A DNA stretch of 64,000 bases, from NCBI GenBank assembly GCA_044450345.1, contig JBIOIY010000001.1, forward strand, positions 64,001 to 128,000. Direction: 5' to 3'. The notes under the pieces were generated by a model that saw only the letters and a program-made list of their open reading frames with translations, was not told the DNA's origin and searched no databases. This stretch comes from Thermodesulfovibrionales bacterium. Lineage in GTDB: Bacteria > Nitrospirota > Thermodesulfovibrionia > Thermodesulfovibrionales > UBA6898. A program made the position numbers and the translations under genes. Numbering within the stretch: position 1 is the stretch's first letter; every line of letters starts with the position of its first letter. Shown here piece by piece: positions 39,347 through 49,267 of this stretch.

Positions 39347-40543
39347 ATGTCTGAACATAACGCCATAAAAACCCCCCAGGGGTTTCTCTTCTCCGTTGCA
39401 GAGGCTGCCGTCAAGAAACCCGGCCGTAAGGACATCGCGCTGATCGTCTCTGAAGTGGACGCGACTATTGCGGGTACCTTTACGACAAATGCGGTAAAGG
39501 CGGCGCCGGTAAGGCTCTGCATGCAAAATATCAAGTCCGGCCGCGGCAGGACGATAGTCGTGAACAGCGGCAACGCCAACGCCTGCACCGGAGCACAGGG
39601 GCTTAAGGATGCCGGGAAGATCGCCTCTCATATTTCGCACTCCCTGGGAGTAAAGCCATCTCTGTCGTATGTCTGCTCCACCGGCGTCATAGGCGTCCCG
39701 CTGCCTATGGAGAGGATCACTCCTGCCCTCGGCATATTGCTGGAGAATGCCGGAGATCATTCTCTCCTCGACGTTGCGAAGGCCATCATGACAACTGATA
39801 CCTTTCCAAAGATAACGTCACAGGAAGTCACCATCGGAGAGAAGACAGGGGTGATCGCAGGGATATGCAAGGGCTCAGGGATGATCCAGCCGCACATGGC
39901 TACGATGCTCTGTTTTATTATCACGGACATCGCGGTTGAACGGAAGGCCCTTCAGGCGCTGTTGAAGGATTCAGTGGGGCGGTCTTTTAACCGTATCACC
40001 ATTGATGGTGATATGTCGACTAACGACACGGTACTTCTGATGGCCAATAGCATGCTCGGTAACAAGCCGATCACTGCGAATTCGAAATGTGTCAGGGCGT
40101 TCAAGGCTGCTCTCGATAAAGTGACTTATGGACTGGCCAGACTCGTAGTCAGGGACGGCGAAGGTGCAACAAAACTGATCGAGGTCACTGTGAAGGGGGC
40201 CGGGAATGAAGCTCACGCCGAAAAAGTCGCATTTGCGGTCGCAAATTCAAATCTCGTAAAAACGGCGATATACGGGAATGACGCTAATTGGGGCAGGATC
40301 ATGTGTGCGGTGGGATATTCAGGAGTACCTTTCCGGGAGGATAAGACAGATATTTTCTTCAACGGGACACAGGTGGTCAGAGGTGGCATCTCTAACAACA
40401 AGGATAAAGAGGCTACCGAGGTTTTGAAGTCGAAAGAGATAGGGATTACGATCGATCTCCATTCAGGCAAGTCCTCTGCAAGCGTCCTCACCTGCGACTT
40501 AACAGAAGATTACATCCGCATCAACGCGGAATACAGGACATAA
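39347..40543 (+). CDS. argJ: Bifunctional ornithine acetyltransferase
   Basis: NSGNANAC, STGVIG, KGSGMIQPHMATML, DGEGATK and NAEYRT. Confidence 0.97.
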   Translation: MSEHNAIKTPQGFLFSVAEAAVKKPGRKDIALIVSEVDATIAGTFTTNAVKAAPVRLCMQNIKSGRGRTIVVNSGNANACTGAQGLKDAGKIASHISHSLGVKPSLSYVCSTGVIGVPLPMERITPALGILLENAGDHSLLDVAKAIMTTDTFPKITSQEVTIGEKTGVIAGICKGSGMIQPHMATMLCFIITDIAVERKALQALLKDSVGRSFNRITIDGDMSTNDTVLLMANSMLGNKPITANSKCVRAFKAALDKVTYGLARLVVRDGEGATKLIEVTVKGAGNEAHAEKVAFAVANSNLVKTAIYGNDANWGRIMCAVGYSGVPFREDKTDIFFNGTQVVRGGISNNKDKEATEVLKSKEIGITIDLHSGKSSASVLTCDLTEDYIRINAEYRT

Positions 40544-40563
40544 TAGGTTTTATCCTGGTGCAT

Positions 40564-40764
40564 GTGGGGCTTTGCCCCACACCCCAGGTACCCTTCTTGC
40601 TTGCTCCAAGAAGCGTACCCGTAAGAAGGTCACCCCGACGAACCTTCCCGGGCGGTTCGCACTGCCGTCCTCGGTAGATTTTAGGAACTCGCCCTTCGGG
40701 CTCAGACAGCCTAAAATCTTTCACCCTGCGGGCGACAGCACTCACCTGGAAGTTTCGAAGGGGG
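40564..40764 (+). repeat. ~200-nt structured intergenic element, copy A
   Basis: Series of nested IRs with an AACTCGCCC-TTCG-GGCTCAGACA core; same architecture as copy B. Strand shows relative orientation only. Confidence 0.7.
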
Positions 40765-40809
40765 TTGATAGACCTAGAGGCATTTTCAAAAAGGTATTGT
40801 ATTAATGGG

Positions 40810-41001
40810 CCCCTTCTAAAATTTAGGTTGGCTGAAGCGTATAAAATTTTCGCATGTTTGAGCCCCGACTTTGGGGCGAGTTCGAAAATTTAGTAAAGCC
40901 GACCGTCACGATAGTGAAATTTTAGCTGGGGTGTGTTCTTTTGCGGCGGTTTTCTGTCGCATCACAGAAAAGCGCCCGGGGTATAAGGGGCAGAGACCCT
41001 T
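40810..41001 (-). repeat. ~190-nt structured intergenic element, copy B (inverted relative to A)
   Basis: Minus strand has an AACTCGCCCC-AAAGTC-GGGGCTCAAACA core, CACCCC...GAAGGGG closing stem and the same order of hairpins. Confidence 0.7.
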
Positions 41002-41021
41002 TCTCAGATGAGGGGCAAGGC

Positions 41022-41789
41022 CTATCGGATGGAAAACGAGTCCAGAATACCGTAAAATGCCGTCACCGCCACTGAATCGGCGGGAAGTTCTACGATGCCT
41101 TTGCCCTGCAGGTCGTATTCGAAGATTTGATGGTCCTGTGGGACAATCCCTGCAACGGTCAGCCCCATCTCCTCCGCGAGTTTCCTGAGATCCTGCCCTT
41201 CGTCACCCGAAACGCGGTTAATGATCAGGGCGTGTTTGGCGACGTCGAGTTCGAGCTCCTTTACCAGTCCGTCTATCCTCTGTGCGGTGCGCACACCTCT
41301 GACCGTCGGGTCGCTGACGATGAGGAGAAGATCGACCTTATGCGTTGTCCGCCTGCTTAAATGCTCCATTCCTGCCTCGTTGTCGATGACCACATATGAA
41401 TATGTTTCGGACAGCTTGTCGGTATATTTTCTGATGATGTTATTTGCCGCGCAGTAACATCCGGGGCCCTCAGGCCTTCCCATGACCATCAGGTCGAACC
41501 CCTTCGCCTCCACAACAGACTGCTGGACCTGATAGTCGAAGAGCTGCTCCATCGCCATGCCGCCCGGCCGGTCGCCGCCGCTACGTATAGCCTGGAGCGA
41601 CTCCTCCCTTAGGCCGCCTATCGTAGCGTGTACATCCACACCCAACGCTTCGTTCAAACAGGAATTGCTGTCTGCATCGACCGCAAGCACGGGTTTTTTC
41701 TTTTTTTCCATAAGATACTTAACGGTCAGAGCGGCAATGCTCGTCTTACCTGTGCCGCCCTTCCCTGCCAGTGCGATTACGTATGCCAT
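41022..41789 (-). CDS. CooC/AcsF-like CO dehydrogenase maturation ATPase
   Basis: GKGGTGKT, DAD, GPGCYC and DNEAGMEHLSR. Confidence 0.9.
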   Translation of the reverse strand: MAYVIALAGKGGTGKTSIAALTVKYLMEKKKKPVLAVDADSNSCLNEALGVDVHATIGGLREESLQAIRSGGDRPGGMAMEQLFDYQVQQSVVEAKGFDLMVMGRPEGPGCYCAANNIIRKYTDKLSETYSYVVIDNEAGMEHLSRRTTHKVDLLLIVSDPTVRGVRTAQRIDGLVKELELDVAKHALIINRVSGDEGQDLRKLAEEMGLTVAGIVPQDHQIFEYDLQGKGIVELPADSVAVTAFYGILDSFSIR

Positions 41790-42015
41790 ATATGTTTACC
41801 CCACTCTCTTCATTTTTAATATATATATTATACCGCTCGCCACTCTGAAAATTCTCCATTGCATTAATGGAACCGGATTGCGCTTATCGAAAACATGAGC
41901 GTTCATGAATAATCCAGGCCAAACTTGATATAATGTTGCAGATCATGCCGGAAGTTATGAGCAGTATTATTGATCTGTTTTTCAAAGATCGTGTATCTGG
42001 AGGATTCTATTTTTA

Positions 42016-44571
42016 GTGAAAAAGACCACTGAAGAAATTTCCAATAAAAATTTCACATTCTGGCAGCAGGATTTTGCGGCGTTATTTGAACACCTTGAAG
42101 CAACACCAAAGGGCCTCACGAGTACCGAAGCGGCCCGCCGTCTGACACAATTTGGTCCTAATCTTTTGCATCCGGCAAAGAAACGCGTAATCGTATTACA
42201 GTTTCTGGCGAAGTTCCTCAACCCGCTGGTACTTATTCTTCTGGCAGCCTGTGTTGTACTGGCGCTGACCGGGGATATAACCAGCTTCATCATTATTTCC
42301 ATCATAGTGCTGATAAGCGTGACTCTGGACTTTGTGCAGGAACATAGGGCCGGCCAGGCGGCCGAACGTCTGCGCAAGTCAGTATCCGTGCGCGTGAATG
42401 TCCTCCGTGATAGTAAGACGCTGGAGATCCCAATTGCTGAACTTGTTCAGGGGGATGTCATGTTTTTGTCCGCAGGTGATCTGGTCCCCGGGGACGGACG
42501 TATTATCGAGGCGAAGGATTTCTTCGTGAATCAGGCCCTTCTGACCGGCGAGCCCTATCCAGTCGAAAAGAATCCCGGGCAAGCGCAAGATGCCCCAGAG
42601 GTCATCGCTGCAAACAACGCCGTGCTTCTTGGGACCTCGGTAATCAGCGGTTGTGCAACTGTATTAATATGCCGCACCGGTTCAGACACGGTTTTAGGTG
42701 AGATTGCCGATACCCTTGTAGCCTCGGCGCCGCCCACTGCCTTCGAACTTGGCACGCGTCGATTCGGGATGCTCATTATGCGACTGACCGTTCTTTTGGT
42801 GCTCTTCGTTCTTCTTATGAATGCGTTCTTTCACAGGCCATGGCTGCAGTCCTTTCTCTTTGCCGTAGCCCTTGCGGTGGGACTCACCCCTGAGCTTCTC
42901 CCTATGGTAGTCTCCGTGACGCTTGCGCGAGGCGCCCAGCGTATGGCTTCGAAGAAGGTGATAGTCAAACGGTTGGCCGCAATCCAGAACCTCGGAAGTA
43001 TGGACGTCCTCTGCACCGATAAAACCGGGACACTTACAGAGGCGCGTATCAAACTGGAACGTCACGTGGACAGCTTTGGCCGCGACAGCAGTCGAGTACT
43101 CGAGCTTGCGTACCTTAACAGTTTTTTTGAAACCGGGTTGAAAAGTCCTCTTGACAACGCCATCCTCGAACATGTCGAGGTCGACGTGGCTTCATGGAGC
43201 AAGATAGATGAGTGTCCCTTCGATTTCGAACGCCGCCGGGTCTCTGTCCTTGTTGACAACGGCAAAACAAGACTGCTCGTGGTGAAAGGGGCGCCTGAGG
43301 ATATCCTAAGGCTCTCAACCAGATATGAGGGGGACGGCGATATTGACCTACGACCATTCGACAAGACATCGCGGTCATCTGTCCAGGCGATTTTTGAATC
43401 TCTGGGGCGGGAAGGGTTTCGCGTGCTCGGCGCTGCCTGGCGGCGGGTGGACCCCGACCATCCCCACGCCGTTGTGGATGACGAAACAGAACTTGTCTTT
43501 GCAGGTTTCGCCGCCTTTCTTGACCCTCCTAAAGAAAGCGCCAAAGAAGCCTTGACCAAACTTGCAGCCGCAGGTATAGCCGTCAAGATCGTATCCGGCG
43601 ACAATGAGCTCGTGACGGAGCATGTCTGCAGAGAGTTAGGCCTGCCGATCTCCGGGATCTTGACCGGTACGGACATCCAGCAGATGGACGATCAGGCGCT
43701 TTCAGCCCGGGTCGAGAGCGTAAACCTCTTCTGCCGCGTCAACCCGTCGCAAAAAAACAGGATAATCCTCGCCCTAAAAAAAAGGGGACATGCAGTAGGC
43801 TACCTGGGCGACGGTATCAATGATGCCCCGTCGCTTCATTCTGCAGATATAGGTATTTCCGTTGAAGGCGCCGTCGACGTTGCCAAGGATGCTGCGGAGA
43901 TGATCCTGCTTGAGCAAGATCTCGGGGTCCTCTATGAAGGGGTAAGCGAGGGACGTCGCACCTTCGGCAATGTGATGAAGTACATAATGATGGGCACCAG
44001 TTCTAATTTCGGCAATATGTTCAGTATGGCAGGAGGATCGCTTTTTCTTCCCTTCATTCCGATGCTGCCTGCCCAGATATTGCTGAACAACATGTTGTAT
44101 GATTTTTCCGAAGTCCCCATCCCGCTGGACAATGTCGATGAGGAATACCTCACACACCCCCGGCAATGGGACATCGGATTTGTACGCAAGTTCATGCTGG
44201 CGGTCGGCCCTGTCAGTTCCCTCTTCGATTTCCTTACTTTTTTTGTTATGCTTAAACTTTTCCACGCCGGGGAATCGCTCTTTCATACCGGCTGGTTCGT
44301 AGAGTCCCTTGCCACGCAGGTACTGGTCATATTTGTCATTCGCACCCACAAGAACCCGTTCAAGAGCCGGCCAAATCCATGGCTGACAGGCTGCTCACTC
44401 CTGGTCGTGGCGATAGCGATCGCCCTTCCATTTACCCCATTGGCCGGATACCTCGGCTTTGAACCGCTCCCGCCTCTATTCTTCCTGGTGTTGGCAGGGA
44501 TGGTCCTGTTCTATCTGTTGATCGTCGAACAGGTCAAACAGTGGTTTTTCCGCAGGTATATTTTCAGATGA
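42016..44571 (+). CDS. mgtA: Magnesium-translocating P-type ATPase
   Basis: LTGE, AVGLTPELLP, DKTGTLT, PFDFERRR, GDGINDAP and SSNFGNMFS. Confidence 0.92.
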   Translation: MKKTTEEISNKNFTFWQQDFAALFEHLEATPKGLTSTEAARRLTQFGPNLLHPAKKRVIVLQFLAKFLNPLVLILLAACVVLALTGDITSFIIISIIVLISVTLDFVQEHRAGQAAERLRKSVSVRVNVLRDSKTLEIPIAELVQGDVMFLSAGDLVPGDGRIIEAKDFFVNQALLTGEPYPVEKNPGQAQDAPEVIAANNAVLLGTSVISGCATVLICRTGSDTVLGEIADTLVASAPPTAFELGTRRFGMLIMRLTVLLVLFVLLMNAFFHRPWLQSFLFAVALAVGLTPELLPMVVSVTLARGAQRMASKKVIVKRLAAIQNLGSMDVLCTDKTGTLTEARIKLERHVDSFGRDSSRVLELAYLNSFFETGLKSPLDNAILEHVEVDVASWSKIDECPFDFERRRVSVLVDNGKTRLLVVKGAPEDILRLSTRYEGDGDIDLRPFDKTSRSSVQAIFESLGREGFRVLGAAWRRVDPDHPHAVVDDETELVFAGFAAFLDPPKESAKEALTKLAAAGIAVKIVSGDNELVTEHVCRELGLPISGILTGTDIQQMDDQALSARVESVNLFCRVNPSQKNRIILALKKRGHAVGYLGDGINDAPSLHSADIGISVEGAVDVAKDAAEMILLEQDLGVLYEGVSEGRRTFGNVMKYIMMGTSSNFGNMFSMAGGSLFLPFIPMLPAQILLNNMLYDFSEVPIPLDNVDEEYLTHPRQWDIGFVRKFMLAVGPVSSLFDFLTFFVMLKLFHAGESLFHTGWFVESLATQVLVIFVIRTHKNPFKSRPNPWLTGCSLLVVAIAIALPFTPLAGYLGFEPLPPLFFLVLAGMVLFYLLIVEQVKQWFFRRYIFR

Positions 44572-44804
44572 AAACAGGCATGGAAGATTTTATATTAGAA
44601 GGCAGCGAATTCATCGAATTAAACAAACTCCTGAAGATCACGGGATTATGCGAAAGCGGAGGGATGGCGAAGGCAGTGATCGCGGAGGGCAAAGTCAAAG
44701 TCGATGGTAAAGCAGAACTGCGAAAGCGGTGCAAAATACACGCTGGCCAGGTCGTAGAATTTGAGGGTCACAAAATGCATATAAGAAATGCATCCACTAC
44801 CTGA
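44568..44804 (+). CDS. S4-domain RNA-binding protein (YbcJ/YaaA-like)
   Basis: FIELNKLLK, SGGMAK and ELRKRCKI; start at 44568 or 44580. Confidence 0.88.
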   Translation: MKTGMEDFILEGSEFIELNKLLKITGLCESGGMAKAVIAEGKVKVDGKAELRKRCKIHAGQVVEFEGHKMHIRNASTT

Positions 44805-44850
44805 CCCAACTTTACTTGCAATGTTTATGGATTTAAAGTAATATTTCCGC

Positions 44851-46059
44851 ATGCAAAAATTGATTCGCGGCTTAATTCAAACCAACACAACCAAAATCGT
44901 GCTTGTCATCCTCGACGGACTCGGGGGGCTTCCTGTAAACGGCAAGACCGAACTGGAGACGGCAAATGCCCCGTACATGGATGGGCTCGCACAGTCATCC
45001 GCGTGCGGACTTCACCTCCCTGTTGCTTGCGGCATCACGCCGGGCAGCGGCCCGGGCCACCTCTCTCTCTTCGGATATAATCCGCTCGAATATCAGATCG
45101 GCAGAGGGATCCTCGAAGCGCTCGGTCTCGGCATGGACGTAAGAAGGACCGACATCGCCTTACGCTGCAATTATGCTACGATCGAAAAAGGCATAGTGAA
45201 AGACAGGCGGGCGGGCAGGATACCGACAGAGCAGAGCAGAAAGATTACAGAGAAACTGCAGTCGGCGATAACCAAAATAGACGACGCCGAGATACATTTT
45301 GCGCCGGGCATGGAGCACAGGTTCGCGGTGCTGATGAGGTTCCCCGAGCCGCTCGCCCCCGGCGCCGACTCCATAAACGACACAGACCCGCAGAAAGAAG
45401 GTAAGGCACCTATCCCCCCGGTCGCAACGTCGCCTGCAGGGGAACGCGTAGCACGGGTTGCCGAGAAGTTTATTACGAAAGTCTCGGAGGTGTTGAAGGG
45501 AGAAGAAAAGGCTAACTATGTGCTCCTCAGAGGGTTCTCCGTCATGCCCCATCTTACTACGTTTAAAGAGGCATACGGACTGAATGCCGTTGCAATCGCC
45601 ACCTACCCCATGTACGGCGGACTCGCAAAGCTTGTCGGCATGGCCACGCCGGTAGTTTCCGGAGGGGTGCAGGAAGAGATCGATTTTCTCAAGGCTAACT
45701 ACGATAAGTACGATTTCTTTTTCCTGCATGTAAAAAAAGTGGACTCCTACGGCGAAGACGGCGACTTCGCCGGAAAATGCAAACGGATCGAGGAATTCGA
45801 CGCCCTCCTTCCTCAGATACTTTCTCTTAATCCCGATGTGCTCATCATCACAGGCGACCATTCCACTCCGGCCCTTATGAAGGGCCATAGCTGGCACCCT
45901 GTCCCCTTACTCCTTAAGTCGCCATATGTGCTCGGAGGGCTCTGTAAAGGGTTTTCCGAGAGGGAATGCACAAAAGGGGAACTCGGTATCTTCCCGACCG
46001 TTAACCTCATGCCCCTCGCCCTCGCCAACGCCGGCAGATTGAAAAAGTTCGGCGCGTAA
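44851..46059 (+). CDS. apgM: 2,3-bisphosphoglycerate-independent phosphoglycerate mutase (ApgM type)
   Basis: LDGLGG, TPGSGPGHL, GRGILEALG and TGDHSTP. Confidence 0.92.
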   Translation: MQKLIRGLIQTNTTKIVLVILDGLGGLPVNGKTELETANAPYMDGLAQSSACGLHLPVACGITPGSGPGHLSLFGYNPLEYQIGRGILEALGLGMDVRRTDIALRCNYATIEKGIVKDRRAGRIPTEQSRKITEKLQSAITKIDDAEIHFAPGMEHRFAVLMRFPEPLAPGADSINDTDPQKEGKAPIPPVATSPAGERVARVAEKFITKVSEVLKGEEKANYVLLRGFSVMPHLTTFKEAYGLNAVAIATYPMYGGLAKLVGMATPVVSGGVQEEIDFLKANYDKYDFFFLHVKKVDSYGEDGDFAGKCKRIEEFDALLPQILSLNPDVLIITGDHSTPALMKGHSWHPVPLLLKSPYVLGGLCKGFSERECTKGELGIFPTVNLMPLALANAGRLKKFGA

Positions 46060-46161
46060 TACCGGTCTGCTGCATGACAACGCAACCCGGATTGTCGTAA
46101 CATAAAAGTCGCACGGACAAAATATATCTTAATAGAAAGTCATGCAGAGGACCGTAGACTG

Positions 46162-47592
46162 GTGAAAAATGATAACCAAAAGAGAGAGGCACCTTTAGAC
46201 TCAGGAAACCGTTTTCCTGAAGTCATTGTTCCCCTGATCGATACACACTGCCACCTCGAGATGCCTCAGTTCGACGGCGACCGTGAAGAGGTGATCGGTC
46301 GGGCAAAAAAAGCGGGGTTCGAGGCATTGATAACCGTTGGCTCCGACCTGGAAGGAACGTGTAAGGCCTTAAAACTCGCCGAACAATACGATTTCATCTA
46401 TGCCTCGGTCGGCGTTCATCCCCACGATGCAAAGGATTTCTCGCAACGAAGTTATGAAGATCTGAAGGAGATGACAAAAAACAAAAAGGTCGTCGCCATA
46501 GGCGAGACGGGCCTCGACTATCATTACGATCACTCGCCGCGTGACGTCCAGAGGGGGGTATTCAGAAGACACCTTGCGCTTTCTAAAGAGACCGGTCTTC
46601 CCGTCATTGTCCATAGCCGGGAGGCGGAAGAAGACACGATGGCCATCCTCAATGAATCCGGGATCGACAGGGGGGTCCTCCACTGCTTTTCAGGGGACTC
46701 GGAAATGGCAGAACAGGCGATGTCGATGGGCCTTGCCATTTCGATTGCCGGACCAGTGACCTTCAAAAAATCAGCAGGGCTGAGGGAAATAGCCCGCATT
46801 ATCCCTGACGACTACCTCCTGGTAGAAACGGATGCCCCCTACCTGGCGCCCGAGCCCTTCAGGGGCAAAAGGAACGAACCATATTATATGCGTCTTACTG
46901 CAGGATATGTCGCACAACTGCGCGGAATAAGCTTCGAGGACTTGGCGCGGATTACTACTCTTAACGCTAAACGGCTCTTTGGTATAGGGTCCATTTCTGA
47001 AGAAGCCGCGATCGCGTATCAGATCAGGGACAGCCTCTACCTGAACATAACAAACCGTTGTACCAACGCCTGTTCCTTCTGCGTTAAGTTCAGGTCGGAC
47101 TTCGTGAAGGGACACAGATTGAGGCTCGGTCATGAACCCACCGAGGACGAGATAATAGAGGCCATCGGCGATCCCTCCCGCTACCACGAAGTGGTTTTTT
47201 GCGGTTACGGAGAGCCTCTCCAGAGAATTGACATTGTAAAGAATGTCGCACGATGGATAAAAAGGCACAACGGAAGGGTCAGGATCAATACGAACGGACA
47301 CGCCAACTTGATCCACAAACGCGACATCCTGCCCGAGTTGAAAGGGCTTGTCGACCGTATCTCGGTAAGCCTCGATGCCCATGACGAAATAACCTATAAC
47401 AGGCTCTGCAAGCCGGCATACAAAGATGCATTTCACGAGGTCATCGGGTTTATACGCAGGGCAAAGGAGCTTATACCCGATGTCCAGGCGACCGTAGTCG
47501 ACGTTGAAGGCGTGGACCTCGAAAAATGCAGGGAATTAGCTGGGCAGATCGGGGTAACGCTCAGAATACGGAAACTCGATGCGGTGGGGTAA
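46162..47592 (+). CDS. TatD family hydrolase fused to TatD-associated radical SAM domain
   Basis: DTHCH, GVHPH, GETGLD and ETDAPY, then YLNITNRCTNACSFC and FCGYGEP; start uncertain. Confidence 0.9.
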   Translation: MKNDNQKREAPLDSGNRFPEVIVPLIDTHCHLEMPQFDGDREEVIGRAKKAGFEALITVGSDLEGTCKALKLAEQYDFIYASVGVHPHDAKDFSQRSYEDLKEMTKNKKVVAIGETGLDYHYDHSPRDVQRGVFRRHLALSKETGLPVIVHSREAEEDTMAILNESGIDRGVLHCFSGDSEMAEQAMSMGLAISIAGPVTFKKSAGLREIARIIPDDYLLVETDAPYLAPEPFRGKRNEPYYMRLTAGYVAQLRGISFEDLARITTLNAKRLFGIGSISEEAAIAYQIRDSLYLNITNRCTNACSFCVKFRSDFVKGHRLRLGHEPTEDEIIEAIGDPSRYHEVVFCGYGEPLQRIDIVKNVARWIKRHNGRVRINTNGHANLIHKRDILPELKGLVDRISVSLDAHDEITYNRLCKPAYKDAFHEVIGFIRRAKELIPDVQATVVDVEGVDLEKCRELAGQIGVTLRIRKLDAVG

Positions 47593-48673
47593 AGTCCTTT
47601 ACCCAGGTGAGGAATGCCTGAACCACAAAAGGGTCGAACTGCGTTCCGGAGCATCGTTCAATTTCTTCGATAGCCTCCGCTTTTGTCTTCATCTGCCTAT
47701 ACGGTCTGTCTGAAGTCATTGCATCAAAGGCGTCCGCTACGGACAGGATCCTTGCCATAAGAGGTATTTTCTCCCCTTGCAGCCCGAAGATGCCGTCTTG
47801 CCCGTCCCAGTGCTCGTGATGATATTTCACGCTCTTGATTATCTCATCAAACTGCTTCAGTTCCACGAGTATTTCGGCCCCGAGAACCGCATGTCTCTTA
47901 ATCTCGGACCACTCCTCCTTTCCGAGCATGCCGTTCTTGTTTAGAATCTCCTTCGGTGTGGCGATCTTACCGATATCATGGAGTAGCGCACTGATCTTCA
48001 GTTTTTCCATCAGCCCGGCTTCGAGTCCCATGACCCTGCCTATTCCGAGGGAATAACTGGTAACACGCTCCGTATGGCCGGCCGTCCAGTATGACGATGC
48101 CTCGAGCGCTTTTACCAATGACCGTATGGCCCCCAGCATCAGCGCTTCCAACTCACCATAAAGCATGGCATTTTCAATGGCAAGGCCTGCCTGGGCAGCG
48201 ATCGTCGACAAAAGTTTCGAATCATTTGAGAAGAACTCCTCGCCGGATTCCTTGTCGGCGACCACGATCGCGCCGATCACTCTCGCCTTGCCGATAATCG
48301 GACAGATCATCAACGATGACAGCTCCGGGAGATGGTCCTTATGTTCGGCCTCGATAAGCCTGCAGTATGCCGATGCCTTCCGGGAGTCGATCGACTTCCA
48401 GAAAACCTCCATGGTTTTGTCGATCACCCGCCCGCAGTCCCACTTTCCTTTGCAGGTCTTTGTATGCAGCGTCTCTCCCTTGCCGTCGAGGAAAAGCACC
48501 GCGGCGGTCCGGACGCCGATGGTGTTGACCGCTTCTCTGGTGATCCTCGCACAGATCTCGTCTATACTGAGGAAAGAAAAAACCTCGGACATCCTGTGGA
48601 GCAAAGAAAGCTCCTCGTAGGTGTTACTCAGTTCCCGGACTGTCAGTGAAAGGTCATGCTCCGGGCTCGTCAC
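47561..48673 (-). CDS. GAF + HD-GYP domain protein
   Basis: GAF region; GHTERV, LHDIGK, HHEHWDG and ADAFDAMTSDRPYR. Confidence 0.88.
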   Translation of the reverse strand: MTSPEHDLSLTVRELSNTYEELSLLHRMSEVFSFLSIDEICARITREAVNTIGVRTAAVLFLDGKGETLHTKTCKGKWDCGRVIDKTMEVFWKSIDSRKASAYCRLIEAEHKDHLPELSSLMICPIIGKARVIGAIVVADKESGEEFFSNDSKLLSTIAAQAGLAIENAMLYGELEALMLGAIRSLVKALEASSYWTAGHTERVTSYSLGIGRVMGLEAGLMEKLKISALLHDIGKIATPKEILNKNGMLGKEEWSEIKRHAVLGAEILVELKQFDEIIKSVKYHHEHWDGQDGIFGLQGEKIPLMARILSVADAFDAMTSDRPYRQMKTKAEAIEEIERCSGTQFDPFVVQAFLTWVKDFTPPHRVSVF

Positions 48674-49034
48674 TACCTATTACCTCCTGTACCATTTCCA
48701 AAAGCGCCTTAGGGCTGAAAGGTTTTGTGATATACCTGGCCACGCCGCTTTGCAGCCCCAGTTGTTCGTCGGCGTCCTGCCCCCTGGCGGTCAGCATAAA
48801 AATAGGAATATCCGACGTTTCACTGTCCTGTTTGAGAATCCTGCAAACCTCTATCCCGCTGATTTCCGGCATCATCCAGTCGAGTATGACTAGGCCCGGC
48901 TTCTCTTTTTTGATGACCTCGACCGCATTTACGCTGCTCCTCATGGTCACCACATCGATCCTCGCAGTCCTTAATTTATCCTCTATCATCATAAGGATAA
49001 AGGGCTCATCGTCTATGACAACGACCTTTTTCAT
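48654..49034 (-). CDS. Single-domain response regulator
   Basis: VIDDE, LDWMMP, LTA and KPF; GGAGG SD. Confidence 0.92.
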   Translation of the reverse strand: MKKVVVIDDEPFILMMIEDKLRTARIDVVTMRSSVNAVEVIKKEKPGLVILDWMMPEISGIEVCRILKQDSETSDIPIFMLTARGQDADEQLGLQSGVARYITKPFSPKALLEMVQEVIGSDEPGA

Positions 49035-49267
49035 GCTGCCTCCCTCTTTTCCCTTTCGCCTTCAGGCTCAGCTTCGAAGCATTCACCGAGAGATAACCTG
49101 AAATCGCCGTTCTCTTCGGAAAATCTGAAAACATAGCAGATCGGAAAGCCCACCGCCTCATGTGCCGGCACGCAAGTCATCTTTTCAAGCGCCTCACTGA
49201 CAAAAATAATCCTGCCGTTACCATCGACCTTAATTATACCACCCGCAACGCTCTGAAGGACAACTGC
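49031..49267 (-). pseudogene. PAS-like open frame lacking a proper start, in frame with hisS after its UGA
   Basis: 78 sense codons AVVLQSVAGGIIKVDGNGRIIFVSEALEKMTCVPAHEAVGFPICYVFRF...EAA*; stop overlaps the ATG of the REC gene. Confidence 0.55.
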
